In this document: positions 48,545-62,485 of the stretch, piece by piece
Position numbering within the stretch: position 1 is the stretch's first letter
Layout of the letters: each line of letters begins with the position of its first letter
Source of the DNA: Malacoraja senta
Taxonomy: Eukaryota
Length of the DNA stretch: 64,000 nucleotides
NCBI GenBank assembly: GCA_038087875.1
Contig: CM075992.1
Coordinates: 9,302,001 to 9,366,000, forward strand
Direction of reading: 5' to 3'
Program-made: the position numbers and the translations under genes
Notes under the pieces: generated by a model
Seen by the model: only the letters and a program-made list of their open reading frames with translations
What the model was told of the DNA's origin: nothing
Database searches by the model: none

Positions 48545-48840
48545 CCAATCACCCGTGACCACCCGAAGGGAAGGCGGGACTTCCGGTCCAGCCCGACGTC
48601 GGAACATGTGGTCGATGCCCATTGGCCGGCGCCGGTCGCCATGACGCTGCCGGCAGCCAATCAGCAGCAGCCATCTGGGCAGCGGCGCAACCTAGCTTGC
48701 TGGCGGCGGGGGGGCGTGTGAGTGGCGGGCGCGTCGGCCAATGGGGGAGCGGGGAATCGGGTGCAGTGCGAGCGGCGGCCAATGGGAGCGGAGGGCGGGA
48801 CTAGGGAGGGAGGTTTGTGTGAGGCGCGGGGGTATATAAG
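48545..48840 (+). promoter_or_regulatory. CALR promoter: ERSE-like elements, multiple CCAAT boxes, GC boxes, TATA box
   Basis: CCAAT-N9-CCACC at 48545-48563; reverse CCAAT-N9-CCACA at 48607-48625; CCAAT-N9-CCATC at 48657-48675; further CCAAT near 48738 and 48779; GGGCGG boxes; TATATAA at 48833-48839; CpG-rich. Confidence 0.85.
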
Positions 48841-48992
48841 GGGCGGGCGGGCGGCGCTTCTCTCCCGGTGGCTTCAGTCGTGACTCAGCGACCCCTCCCT
48901 CTAGTCGGCGGCTCGCTCGGTCTGTGGCGACCCCGGACCAGCTAAACACATACACTTAGAGGTCGGAAAAACCCACACACAATACGGGAAAG

Positions 48993-49080
48993 ATGAAGAC
49001 CAGGTTGTTGTTCTGTCTGATGGTGGCGACGGTAGCGGCGGAGCCCAACGTCTATTTCACCGAGTTATTTAACGATGGAG
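48993..49080 (+). CDS. CALR: Calreticulin coding exon 1 (signal peptide MKTRLLFCLMVATVAA + EPNVYFTELFNDG)
   Basis: ATG about 155 nt downstream of a TATA box; hydrophobic signal peptide; EPxVYFxExFxDG N-terminus; GTGAG donor. Confidence 0.93.
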
Positions 49081-52000
49081 GTGAGTTGTGTGGAGGCGAA
49101 GGGAAGGGAAGGGCCTGAGCCGCGTTAAACCGACCCCCCCCCCCCTGTATGTACAGCTTCACCCCCCCCCCCCCCCTCTCTCCCCTCTCGGGCAGGAGCT
49201 GTGGCCCGGCTCCGGGCATGCAGTGTGTGGCCTGTGATCCGGCAGCGCTCACTGACGAAGGGGGGGGGAGGGGTGCAGGTTATCAAACTAAAAGAAAAGA
49301 TGGGTTTGAGGGGGTGGGGAGCGGAAAACGCAGAATAATCTGCATTTCTATTAAAATGTATCTTCGCTTGTAATGTTGCTTTTAGCAGATTGTCGTAAGT
49401 AAAGCATCAGTTAACAGAAACATTGAATCTCAATTTGGAAGATCATCAAATGCGACCCCCTCTTTTTAGGGGTTTTACCATCATGTTACTTTTAATAACG
49501 TTTGAATCTGAGCGAGCTTTTTGTAAAGTCTAGTTTTAAATGCATCCTTGCCTTCTTCTCTGCCCAACGGATGCCTTTGTTCATTGGTAGTCGTCCTTCT
49601 GATGTCCATTCAATTTTAACGTTACATTATTAGTTTTGAATGTGTTTTATTTTGTGCAAAGCAAATCAAATTGGGCACAAGGAACTGCAGATGCTGGAAT
49701 CTTGCGCAAAAAAACACAAGGTGCAGGAGGAACTCGGCGGGTCAGGAGGCAGCATCGACCCAAGAGTGTCTAATTGTTATATGTACTGAAATGGAACAAT
49801 GACATTGAGTCTGAAGAAGGGGTCTCGACCCGAAACGTCGCCCATTCCTTCTCTCCATAGATGCTGCCTCGCCCGTTGAGTTTCTCCAGCATTTTGTCTA
49901 CTTTCGATTTTACCAGCATCTCAGTGAGCAAAAATAAAGTTCAATAAAAACAAAATGGTATGAAACAAAAGCCCAAAATACCTAGTTGCATCCAAGACTG
50001 TTTGAAGTTTAGTTGGTGTTTGTAGTGTTGAATGGTTGCTGAGATGCTGTTCTTGAACCTGGAGGTCATGATTTTTAGGCTATGTCACCTTCCTGATGGC
50101 AGGACTGAATTGAGGTGTGGCCAGGGTGATGTGGGTCCTTGACGAATTGTATTGATGGGATGTATTGGGAAGGGTTTAAAGATAACTGTTATAAGAACTC
50201 TCAAAATCCTTTTAAACTAAAACAACAAATTATTAGTGGGAAAGTAATGCTCTTGTCAAGTTTGTTTAAGAAAGAACTGCAGATGCTGGAAAAATCGAAG
50301 GTAGACAAATGCTGGAGAAACTCAGTGTCTATGGAGCGAAGGAATAGGTGATGTTTTGGGTCGAGACCATCCTTCAGACTGTCAAGTTTGTTGTTCTGAA
50401 GATAGACAGTGCTGGTGTAACTCAGCAGGTCAGGCAGCATCTCTGGGGAGAAAGGATGGGTGATGTTTTGGGTTGGGACCCTTCAGATTGATATTTGATG
50501 CAGTTTGGTTGTACAAAAGTCCAACATTTTGTGTCTGTCTTGTACTAGCCTCTGTTGAGTGACCGGCGAGATTGGAGGAACTGCATGGTTTCACTCGAAC
50601 TTGACTACATCTTTTGCCACAATCTCATGACCTTTGTAGACAGCAGATTCAGACAGTTCCTCCTCGTGAGCTTTTCTGTGCAAAATAATTGCGATTAGTT
50701 GCCTGACTTGGGAAATACAGGATGGCTTACCCTTTCGCAGAGAGCAAAATGGGGAAATTTACTGAAAGTGGTAATAAAATGCCATTTACTGATGGCTATA
50801 AGTTTTAAATTATTTTTTTCCTGTTGTGTAATGTAGCATTCCACTTGTGTTAATCTTGGAATCATATTGCCTTATCTAGAACGATGAACTTTTTCATCAA
50901 CTATGTCCCTGGTTCTTTGGTAGAGATAATTCCTTAGGTTTTTACTAACTTGTATTTGTATAACATCTTGAATTTTGTGAAACAATAGAAAGTCCCTAAG
51001 GGAAGTGGTTACATTGGCACCAATATCTTAAAATGGGTTTGGGGATATCTTAAAGGAAGGGGGAAGTGAGGAGTTGATTATTTTATTTTTCCTTATATTT
51101 AGATTGGGGGCTGTTTAGCTATCAAGTCTGTTAGTTCTTGGAACATTCCCACTTCCCTGCTGATTTGGGGAATTCCAGAGGTTAAGATTGATTCCCAGCT
51201 CCAAGATAATGTTGAAAGTGGTCATGGGTGTGATCTGTAATTGGACTTGAGTTAATGGGGAGAGGTGGTTTGAGACTAATTAGATTATAACAGTGGAACG
51301 TTTCCTAGATGTAAACTGATTTTGGACCAAAGAAGCCCCATTCTCTGTCATCTGGTCATGGTCAATGGGGTGTTTGAGTGATGTGACTGACTGATGGGTT
51401 ACATGTGGATGGAAGGCTTTTTTACAAGAGCTGGATTTTTGTGAAAGAAGTCTGGAGCTTGTGAGGACTAGGTTTTGGCACCATTCACTGGGATATGAAC
51501 GATAGTACACCAGTTTTATTTTTCCCCTTGAGCTATGTCTTCTCTAAATTCTCCTGTTGTCGGCCAATTCCTCAGGCTTGACTCATTTTTGTTGTGTTGA
51601 GATGATCCCTCTGAAACCATCTCCTGTCAGGAAGAACAAATGCCTATGTTCTCCAGCGCTGATGGGCCTGACACCAGTCTGAAGAAGGCCTTGACCTGAA
51701 ACGCCACCCATTCCATCTCTTCAGAGATGCTGCCTGTCCACTGAATTACTCCAGCATTTTATGTCTACCCTGGTGGGTACGAGTTGGCTGAGTAGCTTCA
51801 TTAAGTGGCGGCACACTGTTGAACATGATTGTTGGGCCAGTACAAATGCTGAGACTTCAACCAGTTTAGAGCAAACGCAAAATACTGGAGGATTCAAAAC
51901 TCAGCTGGTCGGGAGTATCTGTGGAGGGAATGGACAGGCTATATTTAGTGTCACGTCCTTTAGATTGGAATAGGAAGCCGGGAATGAGGTGGTGGGGATT

Positions 52001-52289
52001 GGAGCAAAGCGTGCCCTAATTGTTTGAGGACAAAGGAAGGGGGTGATTGTCACTTACGCCACCCGTCTGCCAAAGGCTAGATGTGAAAAGAAGCCAAAAT
52101 TGTCGAGTGATGGGAGGGGTTAATGTGAACCTGGAGGGAGCGATATGGATGGAAGGGGAAGAGGGGTAAAATAAAATATGAAATGAGTGTATAGACAGAG
52201 GGGGAGGCAGCAGGATGACTGGGATGATGGACAATAGTGGAAGTTATGTGTGTGTGCACTGTGGTAGGGAGGGGGGGGGGGTATTGTAT

Positions 52290-52560
52290 GGGAAGGAGTT
52301 ACATGGTTTGCAACCAAGAAGTCCAGCATGCCTTGGTGTAAGTGTTCGGTGACATGGTTGCCTTGTCTTTGCTTGGCCTCGGTGACATACAGGAGGCCAC
52401 ATTGGGAGCACTGAAATGCAATGGGAGGTAGGAAGAGATGCATGTAAACCTCTTTCTCGCATGGGGTGGCAGTGAGAGCACACGTGGCATCTCCTGCAGT
52501 CGCAAGGGAAAGTGCCTGTGGTGGGGCAGGTTGAGTGTGGAAGGGATGAGAACACCCAAG
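52290..52560 (-). mobile_element. Degraded Penelope-like endonuclease fragment
   Basis: GTFPCDCRRC and CSQCGLLYVTE resemble the PLE at 11568-13392. Confidence 0.7.
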
Positions 52561-55500
52561 GGTTGTGGAGTCATCTCTATGGAAAGTACAAAGAGGTGTG
52601 ATAGGATTTACAAATATGGTTATGACCAAGATACACAAAGCTGGAGTAACTCAGCGGGTCAGACAGGATCTCTGGAGAAAAGGAATAATTGATATTTTAG
52701 GTCAAGACCTTTCAGGCAAACGTACAACCTTTCTAGTCTGAACTACAGCCTCTTTTGTTGTATCATTGCAGTACCATTGACCATTGTAGTTACTGCTGGA
52801 TCTCGGGTAAAATAGATAGACTAACCTTGTATTAAAACACTGGATTCTAACTAGTTCATTTTTTGTTCTCTTGAAAGATAAGCCTGGTAAATACTTGAGC
52901 AGCTGGGTGGCTGTGGTATCGGCTCTCTTGTATCAATGACTCACTTGGTACAGAAGTGACTGCTACCAATCTGTTTTATTGGTGATGTATACTTTCTCCA
53001 CAGCTTTTAACCATGTTAAAACAAAACCTCACTATGAATTGAGCACACAATTTTAAATATCCTGGAGAAAGAAATAGTTGATTTGTCATCCAAGTCTGAA
53101 AAATATTGCTTGAAGTTGTTGACCTTTTCTCTCCCTTGCCCAGTGTTCTGGAACCAGGTTTTACTTTCGTTTTAGAGATACTGCGTGGAAACGGGCCCTT
53201 TGGCCCACTGTGCACCCTGACCAGCGATCTCCGCACGCTAATAATATCCTACACACACTCAGGGGGGAAAATTTACACGTACACCAAGCCAATTGACCTG
53301 CATATCTGTACACCTTTGGAGTGGGAGGAAACTGAGGATCTCGGAGAAAACCCACGGGGAGAACGTACAAACTCAGTACAGTCAGCACCTGTAGTTGGGA
53401 TCGAACCCATGTCTCCAGTGCTGTATGGCAGTAACTCTACTGCTGTGCCGCCCATAAAATAACTTGGAACTCCTACTGTTTAAGAAGGAACTGCATATGC
53501 TGGAAAATCGAAGGTAGACAAAAATACTGGAGAAACTCAGTGGGTGAGGCAGCATCTATAGAGCAAAGGAATAGGTAACGTTTCGGGTGCTGAAACCTTT
53601 CTTCGTCTGAAGAAGGGTTTCGGCCCGAAACGTTGCCTATTTCCTTCGCTCCAAAGATGCTGCCTCACCCGCTGAGTTTCTCCAGCATTTTTGTCTACCC
53701 TGGAACTCCTACTTTTGGTTTGTTAAATTTTAATCTTAGATGCTCCATTTTCTTCTGTGATGCCTCATACATATGTTTCAAGACTTTTTGCCCTGTCAAC
53801 ATCTATCTTGTAAAGGAATCTGAAGAAACTGCCCAAAACGCCACCTATTCCTTTTCTCCAGTGATGCTGTCTGACCCGCTGAGTTACTCCAGCATTTTGT
53901 GTCTATCTTGTAAATCCACTGTTACTTAATGGCTGCTATTCTGCCAAAGCAAATCATTTCCCCCTGGGTAATTGGGACTCCTGAACGTAAAAAAAATTGG
54001 AGTGGGATTCTGCCCTCTTGTTCCTACCTGCCATTCATCAGATCATGGCTGATCTTCAACCTCAAACCTGAAGCTGGTGAATCCCCTTTGTGCTCCCTGT
54101 ATGGCAATGATATTTTTGGACAAGGAAACCAAAACTACATGCACTCTCCAGGTGTGGTTTCACAAATAATCTGTAATTATATAGATATTTTACAGCTTTA
54201 TTCAGATGCTCTTGCAAATAAGGCCATTCTCACCATTAGCCCTCCCTATTTGGTATTTGCACTTAAAATGTGGGCCTCCAGTGATTTGCACAAGGACACC
54301 TGGTCTCTTTTGAATATTAGCATCTCCCAATGTCACTTTCTTAAATTGTACTCTGCACTACAAATGTATGAGCTTGCATTTTTCTACATTGTATCCAACT
54401 GTAGTGTTCTTCAGCCTACCCATTTTAGCCAGTCTATGTCCTTGAATCCTTCTCCCTACTTGCAATCCTGACAGCTTTTGTATTATCAGCAAGCTCAGAG
54501 TTGATAATACTGAGTTGGCTTGTAGCCTGCCAACTTGAGTACGGTCCATTTGCCCCACCTTAATTTGTCTATTCACCAGTTTTCAATTTGTATCGGTATA
54601 TGTTACTCTTTCTCCAGAGATGGTGCCAGACCTGCTGAGTTACACCTGCACTTTGTCTATCTTTGGTATAAACCAGCATCTGCAGTTCCTTTCTACATGT
54701 GCTCTGTATGTCACCCCAATTTGCATGTGCTCTATAGCTTTGCTAACCAAACTCTTCAGTTGGACTTTATCAGGAGATTTCTGAAAATCTAAATGCGCCA
54801 TATCTAATGGTTTCTCTTTTTCCTTTCAACTAGCCACATACTCTTAGACCTCCAGTGGTAACACAAAAGAGATTACAGGTGCTGCGATCTAGAGCAAAGG
54901 AACTTGGTGGGTCAAGCAGCATCTGTGGAGGCAGATGTGCAAATTGATGTTTTGGGTTTCTACTTGAAACACTTGACTTGCACCTTTTGCCTCCACAGTT
55001 ACTATGAGTTACTATGAAGTCTGGGTTCTATAATGTTTTAAAAAGATTAATTAATTAGTCTTTTTTTTTCTGTAAGCAGAGTTGGCAAGGATTTCTAGAT
55101 GTTATGTTATAGAGAATAGGTGCAGGAGTAGGCCATTCGTCCCTTCGAGCCAGCACCGCCATTCAATGTGATCATGGCTGATCATTCCCAATCAGTACCC
55201 CGTTCCTGCCTTCTCCCCATATCCCCTGACTCCGGTATCTTTAAGAGCCCTATCTAGCTCTCTTGAAAGTATCCAGAAAACCAGTCTCCACCGCCCTCTG
55301 AGGCAGAGAATTCCACAGACTCGCAACTCTCTGAGAAAAGGTGTTTCCTTGTCTCCGTTCTAAATGGCTTACCCATCATTCTTAAACTGTGGCCCCTGGT
55401 TCTGGACTCCCCCAACATCGGGAACATGTTTCCTGCTTCTAGCGTGTCCAAAGGTTCGTTTCCAAGGGCAATTGAGTCCAAGCTGAGCGAGCAGGAAAAT

Positions 55501-58500
55501 GGCAACAATTGTTTATTTCCGAGATACTGCAGGGCCCACCAAATCTGTGCCGACCAATGATCCCTGTACACTAGCCCTATCCTACACCAGGAACAATTTG
55601 CAGAAGCCAATTACCCTACAAACCTGTACATCTTTGGAATGTGGGAGGAAACCGAAGCACCCGGGAGAAAGGTGTAGTTGGGATTGAACCTGGGTCTCTG
55701 GCACTGTAAGGCAGCAACTCTACTGCTGTGCCATCGTGCTGCTCCTATTGATTGACAAAGGGTTGCAGGCCTGAAGCATTGACGGTTTTTCTTTTGTATG
55801 CCCGCTAACTTGCTGACGTTACCGAAATTTTGTTTTTAATATTTAGATTTGGCTTTTCTCTGTGCTGGCTAGTGCTGATAAACTGGTAAGACTGTTTAGC
55901 TGAAACTCTTGAATCATTAAGTCAGGAGGATATGCGATTCAGTTGCTGAAGCTTGCTTTGGGCTTGTGTTGGAAGACCATGGTCCCTCCACAAATGCTGC
56001 TGGACCTGATGAGTATTTCCATACTTTCCTAATTGCAATTTTGTGCTCTTGAGGCAGACACCAAAAATGTCAATTTGCATATTTGCTTTCACAGGTGCTA
56101 CTTGACCCACCAAGTTCCTTCGTTCCAGATGACAGCACCTGCAGTCTCTTTTGTCTTCAATCTACTAGAGGTCTTTGAGTATGTGACTAGTTGAAAATAA
56201 ACCATTAGATATGGTGTATTTAGATTTTCAGAAGTACTATAAATGCGTGTGTTCCTTTAAGAGCGTCTTGCTGTTGGCAAATGACCTGACTGGACGCCTG
56301 ACACACTAATTCTCACAGATCTTTGGGCATTTTCCAAGCTAAGTCTTCATTCATTAATGACGATGCAGTATCTATTTCATTAAGTTAATTATGGGTAGTG
56401 TTGGTGAAATAGGAGAATTGCAGCAAGGGAGCAATACTATATATTACTGTGAAAATGGACTAGTATTTGCCCATCTATTGGATTGCTACTAGTGCTGCTT
56501 TTTATTTAACTAATAAAACTTTGTTTGTTGAATCCTCTTGCTTGTCCCTAGAGCTGAAGGTATGGTGTGCATATGTTTTTTTTTCTATGTCCTTGGATGA
56601 TGGTGGACATCGGTTCACTCGGTCATTGTTCACCAGTGGTACTCTACAACCATTTAAGTGCAAAGACTGTCAGAGCTGAGCCTGCTTCCATTATACCGTG
56701 ATATTTACAGTGCCTTTTCAGGTGGAGTCAATGGGGAATAATTGGGATTACCTCCCACTACGGGAGGTAAAATTGTTTTGTTTTTTTAACCCTTTGAACC
56801 ACTGCTAAAACAATGCAGTCAGTAGTGTTGATTTAGACCTTTTTCTGTTTGGTCAAGTGCTTCTTGAGTGAACATGTTATGCAGTTGAGGAATCTCTATG
56901 CCTATTGATGTAAAATGAAGAATCTAGTTGATGCTGTAATTCAAGCAAATGAATTGAATTGTAGTTTATTCCAAAAGATTAATTCAGAGCTCAACATAGT
57001 ATAAATTATTTATTATTAAGTTCTAAATGAGGTAGTAACTGAGACCTAGGTTGGTGCTGGTGTCCCAATCTAAAGTCAGTTTTAACATGGAGTTGGATAA
57101 TTGTTAATATTAATATCTAATTAATGCAGTCTGTAGTGTTGATCTAATTAATATCTAATGATCAACTTTTGACCAACTGAGTCCATGTTGATCATCGATC
57201 AATGATTCACGCTAGCTTTATCCCATTTTCTCATCCATACACAAAGGGCAATTTACAGAATCCAATTACCTTACCAGGACAACTCTCAACTTCTGGAGTC
57301 CCAGAGAAAACAATACAGATATGTCCAACTTCCTGTAGCTACTACCACCTAATCCAGGCATCATTCTGGTAAACCAGCTCTGCACCCTTTCCAGAGCCTC
57401 CATGTCCTGGTAATGGAACACCAGAAACATAGAAAATAGGTGCAGTAGTAGGGCATTTGTCCCTTTGACCCATTCAATATGATCATGGCTGATCATCCAA
57501 AATCAGTACCCTGTTCCTGCTTTCTCCCCATATCGCTTGATTCCATTAGCCCTTAGAGCTAAATCTAACTCTCTACAAAATACACCATGTGACCTAACCA
57601 ATCTCCAATAAATTTGCATCATGACTGCCTGACTTACAGCTCCATTTAGTTTATTGTCACGTGTACCGAGGTACAGTGAAAAGCTTTTGTTGCATGCTAA
57701 CCCGCCAGCAGAAAGACAATACATGATTACAATTGAGCCATTCAGTGTACAGGTACATAAGGGAATAATGTTTTGTGCAAGGTAAAGCCAATAAAGTCCA
57801 ATCAAAGATAGTCTGAGGGTGACCGATTAGTTCAGGACTGCTCTCTGGTTGTGGTAGGATGATTCAGTTGCCTGATACCTTTTGCCCAATGGCAGAGAGC
57901 GACCAGGGTGAGGCAGTGTGAGGTATAAATGCAGTCCATGAAAAGGAGGTTGGTTTGTTGTGATGGTCTGGGCTGCGTCCATAACTCTGCAATTTCTTGC
58001 TGTCTTGGATGGAGCTGTTCCCAAACCAAGCTGTGATGCTTTCCGATAGAATGCTTTCAGGACTGCATCATGATTTCTTGACTTGCATACGCAATGCTCT
58101 TATCAGTACTTAGGCAAGCACTTACCACTTTCTACTTGTGAGGTTGTCACTTTCAGGGAGTGTGTTCTGTGTGGAACTGTGGAGAAGTGATGCAATGGCA
58201 CTACCAGAGATGGATAACTGCCTTGGTTTAATCAATGTCAAGTTTCATTCATGCATGATAGATGGCACTGCTGTGACATGTCTTGGTGGGTGAAGTAGCA
58301 TCCGTGGAGCTCAACCTGCAGCTGAACACCAACAAGGAGTTAGTTGTGGACTTTGGGAGGAGAGGAACATCCCTGTCCCCTGTCTTCATCAAGGGTGTGG
58401 ATGTGCAGGTTACCCAGGAGTAAAGTACCTTGGAGTTTACCTGGACAGTACACTGGGCCAGGAAGGCCGAGGCACTGACAGCTGTCTATACTTTCTTGGA

Positions 58501-59129
58501 GACTCTGCTCTTTCAACATCTGCAGTAAAATGCTGCAGATGTTTTATCAATCGGTGGTGGCCAATGCCATCTTTTACACTCATGTGTTGAGTATCTGTGG
58601 ACGCCAACAGAATCAATATGTGCTGTGCAATAACTGGTCACTTAAATTTCATTTTTATAATGTATGACACTTTGATGCTTTGTAACTATCTTTTGACTAG
58701 TGGCAGACCAAGTTCCCTCTGGGATAAATAAAGTTGTATCCTAATTGTTATTCTAATCTTGGCTAGCAGTTGGCCTAGTTGAATGGTACTTCATGGTGTT
58801 TTTCAGTGACTTTATCTTTTCTAGCTATTGGGCAGTTTTATGGAGAATCTACACTCGTATCCTGTGCAAAGTCAGGGCATCGTAACTGTTCAATGTATTC
58901 CTTTTAAGTGGGGATGTTGAGTTTCAGTCCTGTGCTACTCCATTTTGTGTTGTGATTTAACTTTTTTAGAATGCATAATTTTATTGAGATGCCACCTAGA
59001 GGCCTGATTAATGTATACACATGGAGTTACATTCCGTGTTTAACAATTTGCAAGTTCTCATTCCTAAGGAGGTCTTTGTTTTGGTTTTGTTTTAGAAGTG
59101 TAATGATAGTTTCTGTTTCTTTGAATCAG

Positions 59130-59231
59130 ATGCCTGGACACAGAGATGGGCAGAATCGAAGCACAAAACTGATTATGGAAAATTCAAGCTGACTGCTGGC
59201 AAATTTTTCGGTGATGCAGAGAACGATAAAG
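59130..59231 (+). CDS. CALR: CALR exon 2 (AWTQRWAESKHKTDYGKFKLTAGKFFGDAENDK)
   Basis: 102 nt, CAG/GT sites, ESKHK.DYGKF motif. Confidence 0.95.
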
Positions 59232-61079
59232 GTGGGATAATTTCTGTTTTGGTTGAAATTACTAACAGTAAATGGTTTGAGCTCTTCCATTGCTACAACA
59301 CTCCCCCCAAGTCAAGTTTGTTGTGACTGATGCAGTTCTACAAAATTTGATTTTATATTTATGCAATTTTGGTCTGACTTCCCCTCATTAAATTTAATCA
59401 CAGTCTTAGATTTGGTGTAGTGTGTTGAAATAGTCCAAAAGATAGTCCACAAGTTAATTTAAAGAACAGCAAATGCTGGTTTATACTAAAGGTGGACACA
59501 AAATGCAGGAGTAACTCAGTGGGTCAGGCAACCTCTCTGGAGTGAAGGAATGGGTGACGTTTCGGGTTAAAACCCTTCAGATTGAAGTATGAAAAAGGGT
59601 CCTGACCCGAAACGCAACTTATTAATTTTCTCCAGAGATGCTACCTGACCCGCGGACTGACTTTACCATTTTGTCTATCAAGAGTCCATACGTTCATAGT
59701 TAAAATTAGTGCTGTGTGGTGTTCAAAAGCCTCATAGTTGTTCAGAAGATATTTATATTCAGTTGTTCAGAAGATATTTATGAACACTGCTTTTGGACTC
59801 TGTGGTCGGGCGGTGTGGGTCTATGATATTGGCTGCCTCTTTGAGGCAGTGGCTCCTGTTGATCCCTTCAATGGCAGGGAGGTCAGTACCAAAATCTTGT
59901 TGGTAAATGATGGCTCAAACTCAGATGTTAATTGGCACCATCTAGATAGTCCACTGGATGGTGCCAATTAGATTTGGGCCATCATTAACCAACTGAAGAT
60001 TTTGAGTTACCTGGCTCTCTAAGGGATGAAAGAACATGGGACAGTTTGCATAGGGACTGTCACCCACAGTGTTTTTGATGTCTGGTTCCTTTTGGCTGAG
60101 AAGTTCAGGTCAGCAGGTTGTTCAGATATGCTGATATGGTTCAGCACAGCTTGACCTTGCTGACTAGAACTGTTCTTCAATCCAATTTCAAGTATTGGAC
60201 CCTTTCCCCTGCCCAACCACTCCAGTGCACATGCATCTCTTGCTGTCTCCCACCATCCTGTCATGTGCTCCTTTCCCTTCCTCTGTAAGCACTTCCTATC
60301 TCTGCTGTCCCACCTTTCCCTTTTAACCTCCTTTGCACTTCCACCCATATCCCTCCCTCCCTGGCTTTACACTTGCCTCCTGCTCTCTTCCTTGCCCGAC
60401 ATCCTTGTTTCCTATTCACCTCTAGCTTTTGTCACTGAGCCAGGCTGTCTGAGTTCCTCCAGTACTTTATTTCTTTGTTAGTTAGTTATCTCCCTGGTGC
60501 AGTGAGACTAGGAGAATTGGTGTTTCTGTGATGGTCCACGCCAACTAGCAATTCCCCACACATTAGCACTCCTACACTAGCGTCAATTTACAATTTTACC
60601 AAGGCCATTAACCTACAATTAACCTGTATGCCTTTGGAGTGTGGGAGGAAACCAGAGCATCCGGAGAAAACCCACCCGGTCACGAGAGAAACCTCGCAAC
60701 ATCATGGGAACGTACTAACTCTGTGCAGACAGCACCTGCAGTCAGGATCGAGCCCTGGTCTCTGGTGCTGTGAGGCAGCAACTCTACTGCCCAAGTAAAA
60801 CATTTAAATGTAGTAATGTTAAAATTGGTATGTCTAGAAATAATTGGGTACTTGTGCTTGAACAATGTTCTTAACTTTGTTACAAACGTTAGTACTTTTT
60901 GGTTTGGAAACTAGACCTTTCTGGTGGAGCTAATGTACCTGTGCAGTATTGCTGGTTTTGTGCTTGGTGATTGTAATATGGTGCATGGCGTGGAAGAATG
61001 AGGTGGAATCTCTAGTATCAGTACTGAATGGCAAGCATTAAGCAGGGCTCATTATCCTCTGACTGCATTCCATTTCCAG

Positions 61080-61283
61080 GACTCCAGACAAGTGAGGATG
61101 CCAGATTCTATGCACTGTCAGCAAGGTTTGAGCCCTTCAGTAATGAAGGGCAGACCCTTGTTGTCCAATTCACAGTCAAGCATGAACAGACCATCGACTG
61201 CGGAGGTGGCTACGTGAAGATCTTCCCTTCGGACCTTGACCAAGCCGAGATGCATGGAGACTCCGTCTACAATATTATGTTTG
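61080..61283 (+). CDS. CALR: CALR exon 3 (LQTSEDARFYALSARFEPFSNEGQTLVVQFTVKHEQTIDCGGGYVK...YNIMF)
   Basis: 204 nt, calreticulin signature KHEQxIDCGGGYVK, CAG/GTAAG sites. Confidence 0.97.
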
Positions 61284-61379
61284 GTAAGTGACCCTTTTGG
61301 GTAACATCCATCTTCACTCAGCTATCCAAGAGCACCATAGGAACCGGTAGTGATATTATTCACTTTGAAATCGGAAAGA

Positions 61380-61890
61380 CCAAAAAACTAATACTCAAAT
61401 TTTGGAAACATACATCTGCCCCATCTCTCAAAATGTGGATTACAAACATGTCTGAGACGCTACATCTTGAAAATATTAGACATGTCTTAGCAGAAAAACA
61501 GAGCATTTTTCAAAGACATGGACACCATTCATTGATACATTACAAGGATAGTATGGTGCAACACAATTTTGGAGTTAAATCTAATTACGGGTTGGGTGAT
61601 GGGTGGGGAGGGATACAAGGCAGGTATATCATCACCTTTTGTTTTTCTTTCTGTTTTTGTCTTTTTATTTCTCTACGTCTTTCTTATTTCTTTTACTTAC
61701 TCACTCTTTGGCTACACCAATTTGGTAGTCTAGGGGTTCTATTCTTGCACATCCACTTTTTCTCTCTTGCTTTCTCTCTTCTTTTCTCAACTTTAGCTAA
61801 AAATTAAAACGAGCTGTACAATAACTGTATTATGTCATATGCTGCTGCTTATATGTTTGTACACTGCTTCTAATAGATAAAAATATATAT
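61380..61890 (+). mobile_element. L1 3'-end fragment in CALR intron 3
   Basis: KMWITNMSETLHLE matches the end of the L1 ORF at 18848-20209. Confidence 0.8.
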
Positions 61891-62390
61891 GTTTTTAAAT
61901 CGGGAAGACCAAGCTGTAATGCTTCATTGTTCCATAATACGTACACCTGAGAATGCTTAGCACTTGGGGAGAGCTAGCTTTTGATTGAATTTTCATTAGA
62001 AATTGCCAACAACCCACTTTTTCTTGGGAGGTTTTGATCTGCGGCTCTGTTCTGATGCAAATATTTCCAAGATTTTTTGTTATTTAAGATTGTCAGTGTC
62101 TGAAGTATTTTGCGGACAGTCTGTTTATACATCCATCTGTTAACAATTATGAAGTAAAAGTTTGTAACTCTGGAGTTAAATTGGACATTTGGGAGAAATC
62201 CTTTCCTGCAGGGATGAGTGTTTAAAGGTTTCAACTGATTTAATTTCTTTTCCGGGCTAGTCCTCGATCAATTAGCAATATCCTGTTGTGCTGTAATGTG
62301 GTTGAATAATTGTTTATCGGTCTTGTGTTTTTAAAAAAAAAACCCAACCCTAGCGATGAATAAGGATAACGGTTTACTGTTAAATTCTAG

Positions 62391-62485
62391 GCCCTGACAT
62401 CTGTGGCCCGGGAACAAAGAAAGTCCATGTCATTTTCAACTACAAAGGAAAGAATCACTTGATATCCAAGGATGTTCGTTGCAAG
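62391..62485 (+). CDS. CALR: CALR exon 4 (PDICGPGTKKVHVIFNYKGKNHLISKDVRCK)
   Basis: 95 nt, GPDICG signature, TAG/GTGAG sites. Confidence 0.97.
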
